From the NCBI GenBank assembly GCA_965263355.1, contig CBDHHL010000032.1:736001-800000 (forward strand): DNA of 64,000 bases, given 5' to 3'. The stretch is from Leptolyngbyaceae cyanobacterium (GTDB lineage: Bacteria > Cyanobacteriota > Cyanobacteriia > Phormidesmidales > Phormidesmidaceae). Position numbers and translations under genes: made by a program. The notes under the pieces were generated by a model. The model was given only the letters and a program-made list of their open reading frames with translations, had not been told where the DNA came from and did no database searches. Positions 9,838-22,461 of this stretch are shown one piece after another (the stretch's first letter is position 1; each line of letters starts with the position of its first letter).

Positions 9838-10959
9838 ATGACTATTGGCACCGTCAAGACCCAGTTTTTTCACCTTAACGAACCCTTTCCCCTCGAATCA
9901 GGAGAATCTTTTGACACCATCACCCTGGCCTATGAAACCTATGGCACCCTGAACGCCGATGCCAGCAACGCCATTCTAGTTTTCCATGCATTGACCGGCA
10001 GTCAGCATGCAGCTGGCATCAACCAATCAGTACCAGGGGTAGCTCCTTTATGGACAGATGAATGCGTTTTAGGCTGGTGGGATACGTTTATTGGCCCCGG
10101 TAAAGCACTGGATACAGAACGTTACTTTGTCATCTGCGCCAACTATTTAGGTGGTTGCTATGGCTCAACAGGACCTCGCTCAATAAATCCCCATACAGGC
10201 AAACCCTATGGCAGCCAGTTTGCCCAAGTCAGCGCCTGGGATGTTATTCACAGCCAGCTACGCCTGTTAGATTTTTTAGGCATTGAATGTCTGCATGCGA
10301 CCATTGGTGGCTCTTTAGGTGGCATGTTGTCAATTTTGCTAGCAACCCGATGCCCTCATCGAGTGAAGAATGTATTGCCAATTGCAACTGGATTGGAAAC
10401 AACCGTATTGCATCGCGTACATAACTTTGAGCAAATTCTCGCAATTCGTAACGATCCTAAATTTCAAGGCGGCGATTATTACGAGGGAGTCCCCCCTAAG
10501 GAAGGGTTGTTATTAGCTCGGATTATTTCCCATAAAACATTTGTTTCACTGGCAGTAATGGAAAAACGAGCCCGACAAGAAATTACATTTAAAGGACCTA
10601 TCGGTAAGTTTTATGAGCTTTCCAACCCAATTGAGTCCTATATGTTTTACCAGGGAAAAAAATTTGCAGAGCGATTCGATGCTAACAGCTATCTACGCAT
10701 TATGGATATGTGGCAGCGCTTTACCTTAAATGCCGAGCAACCTGCCTTATTCGAGCACTGCAAACATCAGCAATATCTAATTTTCAGCATCGATTCTGAT
10801 GTTTGTTTTTACCCAGAAGAACAAAAGGGCATTGTCAACACTTTAGAGGCAGCTCAGATGAACGTAAAATACATCACAGTCCATTCCGATAAAGGACATG
10901 ACTCTTTTCTATTGGAACCCGATCTATACGCACCTTATATTCACTTTATTCTCGGATAG
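9838..10959 (+). CDS. metX: homoserine O-acetyltransferase
   Basis: LAYETYGTLN, HALTGS, GGCYGSTGP, GGSLGGM (Ser nucleophile), RFDANSY, GHDSFLLE. Confidence 0.95.
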   Translation: MTIGTVKTQFFHLNEPFPLESGESFDTITLAYETYGTLNADASNAILVFHALTGSQHAAGINQSVPGVAPLWTDECVLGWWDTFIGPGKALDTERYFVICANYLGGCYGSTGPRSINPHTGKPYGSQFAQVSAWDVIHSQLRLLDFLGIECLHATIGGSLGGMLSILLATRCPHRVKNVLPIATGLETTVLHRVHNFEQILAIRNDPKFQGGDYYEGVPPKEGLLLARIISHKTFVSLAVMEKRARQEITFKGPIGKFYELSNPIESYMFYQGKKFAERFDANSYLRIMDMWQRFTLNAEQPALFEHCKHQQYLIFSIDSDVCFYPEEQKGIVNTLEAAQMNVKYITVHSDKGHDSFLLEPDLYAPYIHFILG

Positions 10960-11313
10960 CAATCTGTTCAAAACTAGAAATTTAAAGTTGTGTTTTCGCT
11001 CTGAATAGGCTGCTTTCACAAGCAATACTTGATATCTCGTATTTTTTCTTAGCCCATGCACAACATATACCAAAAAGCCTTAAATATCAGGGTCTTTTAA
11101 GAAATATAGAATCTTAATTAAATCCTCTTCTTATTCTAAATTCTAAGAATATTTAAGAATATTGGGGATAATAAGCCTGTTTCCTGAGTTTTAGCGAGTC
11201 TTTCCAATTGTTGACCCCTTGTACCATCCTCGAAGTCGTCCTTTATGGTATGTACGTAAAGAAGTATAGTGCATGTACGTAAATAAGGAAGTATCGAATG
11301 AGGTCACTATCAA

Positions 11314-11733
11314 ATGCTAGATAATCAGCCAGTCAAATGGTCTGCTCAGCCTGGTCCAAGTACCTGGAAAACCGTACCTGATTTTATTCAGAAAGTGTTG
11401 ACTGCTCAGGGATGCACCCTGCTAAAGTATCATCTTGAACGGCCTGATTTAGCCCATATCCGCTTTCAATATCTACCGTTCGCTTACCAAAGCGACCTCT
11501 ATTATCTGCAAAGATGGTCTCGTCATGAATGGGGAGTATCTCCTAGCCCAATCATCTTTCCATCTGAAGGCACTTGTTCCATGGCTGCCCTGAATAATGG
11601 CAATATGCTGTCATCTCTGGTCAAGCATACAGTTGCCAAAGTCTATGGCGACTTCCCGGACAATTCGCCCGTTCATCCATCTCCCTCTACTGAGCGATAT
11701 ATGAACGGTAAACCCTTACCGTTGGCAGGTTGA
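11314..11733 (+). CDS. hypothetical protein
   Basis: 139-aa ATG ORF with upstream GAGG in otherwise AT-rich DNA. No recognised motif. Confidence 0.5.
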   Translation: MLDNQPVKWSAQPGPSTWKTVPDFIQKVLTAQGCTLLKYHLERPDLAHIRFQYLPFAYQSDLYYLQRWSRHEWGVSPSPIIFPSEGTCSMAALNNGNMLSSLVKHTVAKVYGDFPDNSPVHPSPSTERYMNGKPLPLAG

Positions 11734-11867
11734 TAAAGTTAATATTCCCTGGTGAATTCCCTTAGATGTCGAAGTCAGCATGTTTCTTTGTCAAGCCTTA
11801 TTCAGTCATTTGTTCGAGTTCAATCAGGGGAATTAACCAGGCAACATTACAGGCAACCACAGAAACA

Positions 11868-12368
11868 ATGAAATTGATTCCAGCGACTGAAGAACATTAT
11901 GCAGCTATTGGGAACCTGGTTACATCGCCAGAAGAACTTTATCTAGTCTGTCCCAATTGTAAATATCCTTGGAATGTCGAACAGTTACAGGTGACTGCAG
12001 CAAACCGCCATGCGCTGACTGTTGGTATAGTCGATAACATCGTTGTTGCGTTTGCTAACCTTTACGATCTGGTGCCTCAAACGTCTGCATTTATTGGCAA
12101 TGTTGTCATTGCTCAGTCTCACAGAGGTCAGGGCTTAGGCAAGGTTCTGATCAAGCATATGATGGCGACCTGCCAAGACAAATATCAAGTGCTACCCCAC
12201 ATATCTGTTTTCAATGACAACACCAGGGCATTGCTTTTGTACACAAAACTAGGCTTTGTTCCTTATGCTGTCGAACCCAGGCTTAACTTAAGCAATAAAA
12301 CAGTTGCGTTGATCCATCTGAAATATGCTGACCATCCTACAGAAATAAAGGCTGCCTCAAAAGCCTAA
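11868..12368 (+). CDS. GNAT family N-acetyltransferase
   Basis: IGNVVIAQSHRGQGLGKVLI (acetyl-CoA motif A) and NTRALLLYTKLGF. ATG at 11868 is the probable start. Confidence 0.9.
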   Translation: MKLIPATEEHYAAIGNLVTSPEELYLVCPNCKYPWNVEQLQVTAANRHALTVGIVDNIVVAFANLYDLVPQTSAFIGNVVIAQSHRGQGLGKVLIKHMMATCQDKYQVLPHISVFNDNTRALLLYTKLGFVPYAVEPRLNLSNKTVALIHLKYADHPTEIKAASKA

Positions 12369-12676
12369 TGGATTAACCATTGTGACTTTTCAAACAGCCT
12401 GTAAAACACATATTCGGTTGCCAGATTAAAACGTTTAGACTGTGATTTAGACTGTGATTTTAGATACCAACTCTTGAACGAATGCGATCATACTCTGAAA
12501 CCAGCTGCAACTTATAAGGTTGCAAATTTCAATAGTCGCAAGCAGCATAACGGTATTCATAATCAGTTCTCCAAGACCTTCAGCTACAAATACGCCATAG
12601 GTCAGATGCTTACAGATAGAGACTGATAAAGATCGTATAAAGTTCTGACAGAATTTCCATGATAAATTCCTGGTTC

Positions 12677-13654
12677 TTACTGACCTAGCATACAGGCCAG
12701 GGGAAAAAGCACATACTCTAAAAAGAATAAGCGCCAAATAAATTGATAGAAACGGCTGATCTGGGGCTTTTCTTGCAGATTAACTCGACGACTCATCCAC
12801 ACCATCAGCGTTAGCAAACTGCCATGGGTTAACAGTAAAAACACTGGCTGTACCGATGGCAGATTCCCCAATAGAGTCAAGCTGATCAACAGGCCATAAC
12901 TCAGACTGAGAACCCAGAGGGATAGCTGAAACACAAATCTGGGACCAAGTCGCACTGTAAGCGTATGGATCTGATACTGACGGTCGCCTTCTAAATCAGG
13001 GATGTCTTTGAAGAGTGCGATCGCAAACGCAAACATGACGACAAACACCGTTAATGCCCAAACTTCAGGAGGAAAAGCGCTCCAAACATCAGTGCCAGGA
13101 TTTAACCAATGACGAAAATGAGCAAAAAAGCCTAAATTTACAATTACGCCGCGCACCCCAAAAATACATAGGGCTGCCCAAAAGGGAAACCGCTTTAACC
13201 GTAGCGGTGGCAGGGAATAGACTGTGCCAATGGCCATACTCAGACCGACTGTAGCGAATAGAATCGGCCCCTGCAGTGCCGCCAACACCATTGCGAAACC
13301 TCCCAACACCATCACAATGCCACGACCCATGGCAACGGAAAATGCACCGGATGCCAGGGGCAAGTGGGGTTTGTTAATGCGATCAATAGCGATGTCCGTC
13401 AGTTGATTCAGACCCACGATATAAACATTGGCGCAGAGACTGGGCACCAGAGCGGCGGCGATGGCAAACAAGAATATCCATAATCTTGCGGTCTCTAGTG
13501 TCGACAAAACTGCAGCCATGGTCCCCAGGGCAACCACACTCAATGTGGTCCCCACAATGGTATGGGGACGAGAAAAGGCCCACAGGGACTGTAACCAGGA
13601 GCGCCAAACAAATGGATGATGAGAACGCTGAGTTTTGTTGGCTCTGATAATCAT
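12677..13654 (-). CDS. hpt: homogentisate phytyltransferase (tocopherol biosynthesis, VTE2/Slr1736 homologue)
   Basis: FSRPHTIVGT, YIVGLNQLTDIAIDRINKPHLPLASG, YSLPPLRLKRFP, KDIPDLEGD, FYQFIWRLFFLEY. Confidence 0.95.
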   Translation of the reverse strand: MIIRANKTQRSHHPFVWRSWLQSLWAFSRPHTIVGTTLSVVALGTMAAVLSTLETARLWIFLFAIAAALVPSLCANVYIVGLNQLTDIAIDRINKPHLPLASGAFSVAMGRGIVMVLGGFAMVLAALQGPILFATVGLSMAIGTVYSLPPLRLKRFPFWAALCIFGVRGVIVNLGFFAHFRHWLNPGTDVWSAFPPEVWALTVFVVMFAFAIALFKDIPDLEGDRQYQIHTLTVRLGPRFVFQLSLWVLSLSYGLLISLTLLGNLPSVQPVFLLLTHGSLLTLMVWMSRRVNLQEKPQISRFYQFIWRLFFLEYVLFPLACMLGQ

Positions 13655-14550
13655 GCTTCCTGCTCTCCTGCTTGTTTAATCCCCGTCAACAGACCGTAGC
13701 GAATCAGTCCTGTGCCGTAGCCTGTCATCATTAGCGGAATCGCCATGGCCCCTTCTACGGTTTTCCAACCCGCAGTCACAATGCCCCAGAGTACCAGGGG
13801 ATTAATCGCCGACTTAACCACATCGTCCCAAAAGGGGGCCACGGCTTTAGACCAGTCAGCGGTCTTTAAATCCAATAACGGCAAGTTTTGGGCCAGCGTT
13901 TCGTACTCTGCCAGGGAAATGACGTAGGGCAAATGGTACAGCCGATAAAGCTGAGCTAGATGATCTTTTTCTTGGGTCGTCAGCGGCGGGTCAGGAACCC
14001 GATGACACCAGGTCGCCACAATTAGCCTACCCCCTGGTTTTAGCACCCGGCAACACTCCCTTAGAAACTGCTCCTTATCGGGCATATGCTCACCGCTCTC
14101 CAGGGACCATACCAGGTCAAAACTGTCATCAGCAAAGGGCATAGTCAATGCATCCGCCACTTGAAACTGGACATGGTCTCCTAAACCCGCCATCGCCGCT
14201 CGAGCCTTGGCCCGACTAACCTGCACCGGACTTAGGGTAATGCCCGTAGCCGTAGCTCGATATTTACTGGCCAGATACAGTGTGCTGCCACCGATGCCAC
14301 AGCCCACATCTAAAATGCATTGAGGGACAGGGCCCGAGTACGATACAGGCACACCGCTCCAGTCTAAAATCTTTTCAATTAAGACCCGTTGCGCTTCCTG
14401 GGGATTATCGGTGTGACTATCTGGGCCATAGTAGCCATGGTGCATATGCTCACCCCAAACCTGCTCCCATAACCAGGATGATTCGTCATAGAACCCCTGG
14501 ATCCGCTGAGTCAAAAAAGATGGAGCAATATTCGTCGTTTGAGTTGTCAT
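13651..14550 (-). CDS. gamma-tocopherol methyltransferase (VTE4/Slr0089 homologue)
   Basis: FYDESS.LWEQVWGEHMHHGYY, LDVGCGIGGS, WSLESGEHMPDK, ATWCHR. 4-nt ATGA overlap with hpt. Confidence 0.88.
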   Translation of the reverse strand: MTTQTTNIAPSFLTQRIQGFYDESSWLWEQVWGEHMHHGYYGPDSHTDNPQEAQRVLIEKILDWSGVPVSYSGPVPQCILDVGCGIGGSTLYLASKYRATATGITLSPVQVSRAKARAAMAGLGDHVQFQVADALTMPFADDSFDLVWSLESGEHMPDKEQFLRECCRVLKPGGRLIVATWCHRVPDPPLTTQEKDHLAQLYRLYHLPYVISLAEYETLAQNLPLLDLKTADWSKAVAPFWDDVVKSAINPLVLWGIVTAGWKTVEGAMAIPLMMTGYGTGLIRYGLLTGIKQAGEQEA

Positions 14551-14748
14551 GGCAGCTTAGGCAAGGGTCACAGATGCTGTTGTCAGGGTAAGCCGGTTTT
14601 CCAGTTTCACGGGCGTATTTCTTAATTTATTAAGACCTCCAAGCCTGTTGTTAAGGAAACGGGCAGTTCTTGAAAATCGACTTACCCTAGGTATACAAGG
14701 GAATATATTTTCCATATCCGCCCCAGCATCTTCCGTCTGTTCTCATTT

Positions 14749-16925
<2,177 letters not shown>

Positions 16926-17141
16926 AAATGTCAACTATTTTTAGAAACCTCCATAGGGAACAATTGATAAAAGCACAATAGAAAGACATAATAATAAGAG
17001 AAAATTTATAAATTGTAGTCAAAAACTTAGAATTCCCATGGTTGTCAATGATAAACGGTAAACGTGACTACCGATCTTAGGGGTACGTATTTTGATAGCG
17101 TGTAAGGGAGGCTTGAAGCGTATTTGCGTCCCATCCAAATT

Positions 17142-18113
17142 ATGACCCCCTTGACTGTTATTCCCGTTGCCCAGCCTAAGCTCAGATTAGAAGCCTTTAC
17201 TAATTTATGTATTGCTTTATTGGCAGTATCTTTTGCCCCGATCTTTATTCGATTTGGTGAAATGGATATGGGACCAAATGCCACTGTTTTAAATCGGATG
17301 TTAGTCTTTTTTGTGGTGTTTGGCATAGGACAAGGGATTCGTCAGCTTTGGGATAAGTGGCGAACGGCAGAACAACCGTTTGAGGTTATGCCAAGCTTAG
17401 AGCCGATTAGCAATCTTCAATGGCTCTTATTGGTGGCTGTGGGGCTAGTATCTGCAACAACGTTGGGGCTATGGGCAATTTCGTTAGTCCATACAAGTGT
17501 GGCTAAGTCCATGCTGCTGAATAATCTGACTCCTGTATTTGCCAGTGCTGGTAGCTGGTTATTTCTGAGAAAACGGTTTGATAGACGATTTGTTGTGGGG
17601 CTTGCGATCGCAGTTGCCGGTGCCATTCTCCTGGGTTTAGAAGATTTACACGGAGGCGATACCACGTCATTAGTTGGGGATGCCTATGCGTTGCTATCTG
17701 CCGTCTTCTTAGGCGCTTATTTTTTGCTGGTAGAGCAGTTACGTCGCCGATTTGAAGCCACAACAATTTTGCTATGGCGTTGTGCCATTGGTTCAATGTT
17801 GCTGGTTCCATTTGTTTGGATCACTGAAGGACAGCTTTTTCCCAGTACCAGTATCGGGTTACTGGCAGTGTTGGGCTTAGGCATTGTTTCTGAAGGCTTA
17901 GGCCAGAATCTGCTAGCTGACTGCATGTGCAAATTTTCAGCCAGTTTTATTGCTCTCTTTTTATTACTAGAACCCATTGTCAGTGCCCTACTCGGCTGGG
18001 TATTTTTTGAAGAGAGCCTGAGTCCCATTACAGGCATAGGGTTTGCGGTTATTTTGGGTGGCATTTATCTAGCACAATCAAGTAAATCTGCGACCCAAGT
18101 GGGAAGCCATTAG
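17142..18113 (+). CDS. DMT/EamA family transporter
   Basis: About 10 TM segments in two EamA halves (SFAPIFIR, TSVAKSMLL, GDAYALLSA, LLLEPIVSALLGW). Confidence 0.9.
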   Translation: MTPLTVIPVAQPKLRLEAFTNLCIALLAVSFAPIFIRFGEMDMGPNATVLNRMLVFFVVFGIGQGIRQLWDKWRTAEQPFEVMPSLEPISNLQWLLLVAVGLVSATTLGLWAISLVHTSVAKSMLLNNLTPVFASAGSWLFLRKRFDRRFVVGLAIAVAGAILLGLEDLHGGDTTSLVGDAYALLSAVFLGAYFLLVEQLRRRFEATTILLWRCAIGSMLLVPFVWITEGQLFPSTSIGLLAVLGLGIVSEGLGQNLLADCMCKFSASFIALFLLLEPIVSALLGWVFFEESLSPITGIGFAVILGGIYLAQSSKSATQVGSH

Positions 18114-18408
18114 ATAAATTTGGAAAAGTCTTTTATTATAACAATGAGCCCGTACAATGGGGAAATCAGCCATAACGCCTAGATTTTAAGAGATTTGGCT
18201 GATTCTCTTTTAACATCTGGAAAAGAAAAATTTTGATGTGATAAGTGTTTTTGGTGGTGACGAGTATCTTGTGAGCGCTGAGCTGGGGAAATATAAGACA
18301 TGGCATTATTGTCTATGGTAAGCTGCTCAGTCAGCCTCCCGAAGGGTTCTTGGTGCGTCAGGTTAGCGATCTCATCTATGCGATTGCCAATGAGCGCTAG
18401 CTACTTTG

Positions 18409-19929
18409 TCAATAAGACCAAAATTGTGGCACCACCTGACTAACCAATTGTCTCATTGTTTTATTAAGGGTCCGGACTGCTTGAATGTGAGGCTCATCCG
18501 GTACGATGGGAACAATCTCTGCAACTGTGCCAGTGTCTAACAAATTAATCACACGATTGGCAGCCTCTAAGCCAGTCACATAGGCTTTTTCCTGGGACCA
18601 TGAACCATGGCGGGTGACAACCCAATCACCGCTCATAAACACATTGCTGAGACTTGTTGTCCCTGGCACCAGATACTGATAGCTACCTGGTGCAAAGTGG
18701 CTTACCCCTTGGGAGATTCTGACCACTGCCTGGTCTACTATATGGGCATCACCAAACGCCGGAATACAGCCAGCTAAATCTTTTTGGGTTAGCTGAATAA
18801 CCTGTTCATCACTTAGCGGTAACAGCTGATTGGCATGGTAGTAGTCTACCTCAATCACACTGCCTGGTTCATCTTTGTATTCATCATGAAGCGCGTTAAG
18901 GTCAAAGAACGTCCAGCCTGTTGTTTGATGAAAGCCAAAACAAGCATTGGACGGCAGGGGCACCTCAATCTTGCGGTCAAACCATAGTCTGGCAGCTAAC
19001 ACATCAATGCCACCCAGGTTTTGCAAATCACGAAATTCAGATCGATTGCGCAGGGCCTCACTCCCGGCAACAATCTTTTTCATGCCGGTAATACCCACTG
19101 AGAAAATGACAGCATCTGTATCAAATGTCTCGTCACCGTTTACCCCAGTACAGATAACCCCAGTCACGCGATTGTCCTCTACCTGCACATCGGCGACTCG
19201 TTTATTGGCCAGTACCTTACCCCCCAGGGACTCAATCCGTTCCACCCAGGGTCGAAAGATCATCTCGCCTACGGTACCCCGACACCAGCGCACATCAAAG
19301 TTAGGCTGGTGGGCCAAAATAAAGTAATACAGCATGCCCAAGGCCGCTGCTGCAGAACATTGCTCACCAGGGGCAAATAATCCTACCAACAACATAGGTT
19401 CAAAGGATTCTTTGTACAGCCGTTCAGAAACGCCATACTGCTTAAATAACTCCCGAGCCGTCATGCCGTCATAGCGTTTCCAGGCATCATCAGAGTTGTC
19501 AAAATCTACCACTGCATATAACAATGGCAGCGCCGATAGCCGATCAGCCAGGGGTAGCCGCTTAAATTGAGTGTAAACAAACGTACCCAGGGGGCTTGGC
19601 AGGTAGGGCATCCTCTGAAACAAAGGGGACTCCACCTCTAAACCAGCGGGTGAGTATTGGGATGAACGCGTATAGGGAGTAAAGGGCTGAATCCCTAGCT
19701 CATCCACCAGGGAGAAAATATTGTTATAGGGATACCAAAAGCCGTGGATGCCAGCTTCCACAGAACGTCCACCAGGGGTTTTCCAACCGGCCACTAAGCC
19801 ACCCGGTTGGGGACCTGCTTCCAATAACGTTACATCATACCCTTGCTTGGCCAGGTGATAGGTGGCTCCTAAACCAGCCCAGCCAGCACCGACAACGATG
19901 ACCTTTTTCCCCATTACAGTAGAATTCAT
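18409..19929 (-). CDS. FAD-dependent oxidoreductase (flavin amine oxidase/carotene desaturase-like)
   Basis: VIVVGAGWAGLG dinucleotide-binding motif, EAG.QPGG, EAGIHGFW, GDWVVTRHGSWSQEKAYVTGLEAAN. Confidence 0.85.
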   Translation of the reverse strand: MNSTVMGKKVIVVGAGWAGLGATYHLAKQGYDVTLLEAGPQPGGLVAGWKTPGGRSVEAGIHGFWYPYNNIFSLVDELGIQPFTPYTRSSQYSPAGLEVESPLFQRMPYLPSPLGTFVYTQFKRLPLADRLSALPLLYAVVDFDNSDDAWKRYDGMTARELFKQYGVSERLYKESFEPMLLVGLFAPGEQCSAAAALGMLYYFILAHQPNFDVRWCRGTVGEMIFRPWVERIESLGGKVLANKRVADVQVEDNRVTGVICTGVNGDETFDTDAVIFSVGITGMKKIVAGSEALRNRSEFRDLQNLGGIDVLAARLWFDRKIEVPLPSNACFGFHQTTGWTFFDLNALHDEYKDEPGSVIEVDYYHANQLLPLSDEQVIQLTQKDLAGCIPAFGDAHIVDQAVVRISQGVSHFAPGSYQYLVPGTTSLSNVFMSGDWVVTRHGSWSQEKAYVTGLEAANRVINLLDTGTVAEIVPIVPDEPHIQAVRTLNKTMRQLVSQVVPQFWSY

Positions 19930-20033
19930 AGATGCCCCATACGCCTACCCTTGTACTGTAGACCAAGATTATTGCTTCCGCCGACATTGATACTGCTAGC
20001 TAAGAACTTCATGAACTCTCGGTAAACAGAGGA

Positions 20034-22310
20034 TTATCTCACAATTTCTTCACCTACGGTCATTGTTGCCACAGACCAAGCCATAAAGCCCAAGGCATCG
20101 GCTCGATATCGGCCATCATCGATAGTTGTTGCTATGTCAATCACATCACTCACCAATGACTGCACCGTAGCCGCGTCGGATAGCCTGCTAGCACCGTAAG
20201 CAACACTGACTAACCCCTCTCCCCTATAGCTGGCTTGCATATCTACGATTATGGATAACCAATCGTCTAACAAGGCGTCTGCAGCCGTATCGTCTGACAA
20301 CCCATAAAGCACTGTAGCGGCTGTAAAGAATACGGTTTCTAATCTGCCATAGTCATCATCAATCTGACGCCCTGCTGCCAGTGCTTGTGCTAGCCAGTCT
20401 TTGGCAATAGCCTCATTGGACAGCGATGCATAGATTTTTGCGATCGCAGTCGATACATACATTCTAGTCAGTGGATCATTTGATTTTGCGGCAATAGTCT
20501 CAAGTTGAGTTAGTAGATCACGACTATACGCTTCATTGCCAAGGCCAATGGTGATAGCGGGCAAAAGATGCCAAAAATCTTCTGCCAATGCTATGTTCGA
20601 CTCTAGACCATCGGTTAACGATAATACTCGCTGTAAAAAATCAAACGTTCTAAGCGGTTCTGCCACCACATCCGCATCTGAGGAAGGGGTATAGGCCATT
20701 AACTTAAGCATCTGAACAGGGGCCGCAGTATTTAAGGCGGCCCCTGGCAACGATTCAACCGTAGAGAGTGCAACCTCCAACAACATATTTGCGTTAACCT
20801 CATAGCCCTCACCATACTTGCCCGCTATGGAGAACAATAGGTCTGCTCTGACGTGTCTATCTTGAATGCGGTTACCCAATCTCAAAAAGTGAGCTAAAAG
20901 TTGCTGTTGACTCTCCTCAGATAACATTTTAGAAACCGTGACAAAGCTTGAGAAGACACGTTCATGAGCATGAGCATAAGGCTCTTCTGTATATTGCTCA
21001 ATATCGATAACTGCTAGGGCCTGAGCTAAAAGATCCTGAGCTTTCTCCTGATCAGAGAGCTGGGCATAGCCACCAGCCGCCGCGATTAAAACATTGGCTT
21101 TAATCCAGCTCCCCTGCAACGTACTAGCAACGGCAACGGTCTGTTCCAGATTGCCTGAAGTCCCCATTTTATAGGCCGAATTAGCGGCAGCTTTGGCAAT
21201 CGCGGTAAATGCCCAGTGCCGAGCATCTGGCTCATGAACCTCATCAGCGGCCTTAAACAGCTGTGTTGAAAAATCCTGGTAATGATGATGGTCGGAGAGT
21301 CTGCCATAGTTATTGGCAATTGCAGCTAATAGAGACGCTTTCTTTGAGGCATTTTCAATAGTGTTGGCAACTCTCAAAGACTCGGCTAACACGTCCTTAA
21401 CCCTGGCAGCATCAGCTGTCCGTTCAGCTAACACAGCGCTGTTAGCCCACACACGGGCCTTATGTTCATCATCTTGCATGGTGTCGGCAAGACTCAAAAA
21501 ATGCTCCAATAAGTCCTCATCTACAGCATCGTTTGCCAAACTATTGATTAAGCCAGTTAATCTGTCCAGGTTAACTAGTTTATTAGAATCATTAGGCAAA
21601 CTAGCCAGTGCATCTATGGCTTGATGAACAAGATCTACAGCCGTAGTATCATCCGAACGTTGGTGATAGATTTCAGACAGTTGCCTTAAATCATGAAATT
21701 TTGATAGTCCATCAGGCATAGTACTGATTATCACCAGTACCTGGTTATTTAGCTCGCCGACAAGAGAGAGATTTGAAAAAGACTCATTCCCATAACGAAT
21801 AATGCCACCTAAAATCGACGATTTTATCTCTTCGTCCTCCATTGTGTCAGCCAGACTCAATATCTGATTAAACACATGGTAAGCGATAGCTTCATCTGAG
21901 AAAGCACCTGCTTCTCTTAAAATATCATCTGCAAAAGAGGGATCTGTTTTCGCTACTGTCTCTAACGTTTCGTTTACGATTGTGAGCACCTCATAGGATA
22001 GCTCTTCAACTGCAGCCTTGTCTGAGAGCCTGTCGTAGCTTTGTGCAATTTTGATCAACGCTTTAGCCTTTTGTTCACCTTGAATATCGTCAGCGGCTGT
22101 TCGAAGCTGTTCTAATAACGCCCTGGCAACAACTGGATCAAGACGTGTCTCTGGCTCTGTTACACTTCCATCACCTGACTCACTCAGCTGTGCTGTTTCT
22201 GTCTGGGCCCGACTCGTTGGCACTGCATGTAGCCAACTATGTCCACCGACCAGTAGCGATGTCAGTAACGTTAGGATAAACACTAAACTTCGCTGTTTTT
22301 TCTGTCGCAT
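20034..22310 (-). CDS. secreted TPR-like alpha-solenoid repeat protein, paralogue 1
   Basis: Basic N-terminus plus hydrophobic signal ending RAQ. ~40-aa repeats LSD...LL.QAL..A..I.D...R...L..IA..Y. Confidence 0.75.
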   Translation of the reverse strand: MRQKKQRSLVFILTLLTSLLVGGHSWLHAVPTSRAQTETAQLSESGDGSVTEPETRLDPVVARALLEQLRTAADDIQGEQKAKALIKIAQSYDRLSDKAAVEELSYEVLTIVNETLETVAKTDPSFADDILREAGAFSDEAIAYHVFNQILSLADTMEDEEIKSSILGGIIRYGNESFSNLSLVGELNNQVLVIISTMPDGLSKFHDLRQLSEIYHQRSDDTTAVDLVHQAIDALASLPNDSNKLVNLDRLTGLINSLANDAVDEDLLEHFLSLADTMQDDEHKARVWANSAVLAERTADAARVKDVLAESLRVANTIENASKKASLLAAIANNYGRLSDHHHYQDFSTQLFKAADEVHEPDARHWAFTAIAKAAANSAYKMGTSGNLEQTVAVASTLQGSWIKANVLIAAAGGYAQLSDQEKAQDLLAQALAVIDIEQYTEEPYAHAHERVFSSFVTVSKMLSEESQQQLLAHFLRLGNRIQDRHVRADLLFSIAGKYGEGYEVNANMLLEVALSTVESLPGAALNTAAPVQMLKLMAYTPSSDADVVAEPLRTFDFLQRVLSLTDGLESNIALAEDFWHLLPAITIGLGNEAYSRDLLTQLETIAAKSNDPLTRMYVSTAIAKIYASLSNEAIAKDWLAQALAAGRQIDDDYGRLETVFFTAATVLYGLSDDTAADALLDDWLSIIVDMQASYRGEGLVSVAYGASRLSDAATVQSLVSDVIDIATTIDDGRYRADALGFMAWSVATMTVGEEIVR

Positions 22311-22461
22311 TGATCAATCCTTTTCTTCGACGAGTTATCAGGAAACTAAGCAGGCATTTAAGAACTAAAGGATTACTCAGCCAAAATCAGTATTATTCCG
22401 TTCAGGATCAAGAAAAAGCACATTTTTAGCTGATATCTTTATTGAGCGTTGCAAAGAATGA

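Noticed and set aside
12434..12457. 12-bp tandem duplication TTTAGACTGTGA x2
   Set aside because: Only two units between convergent genes. Likely a trivial slippage duplication.
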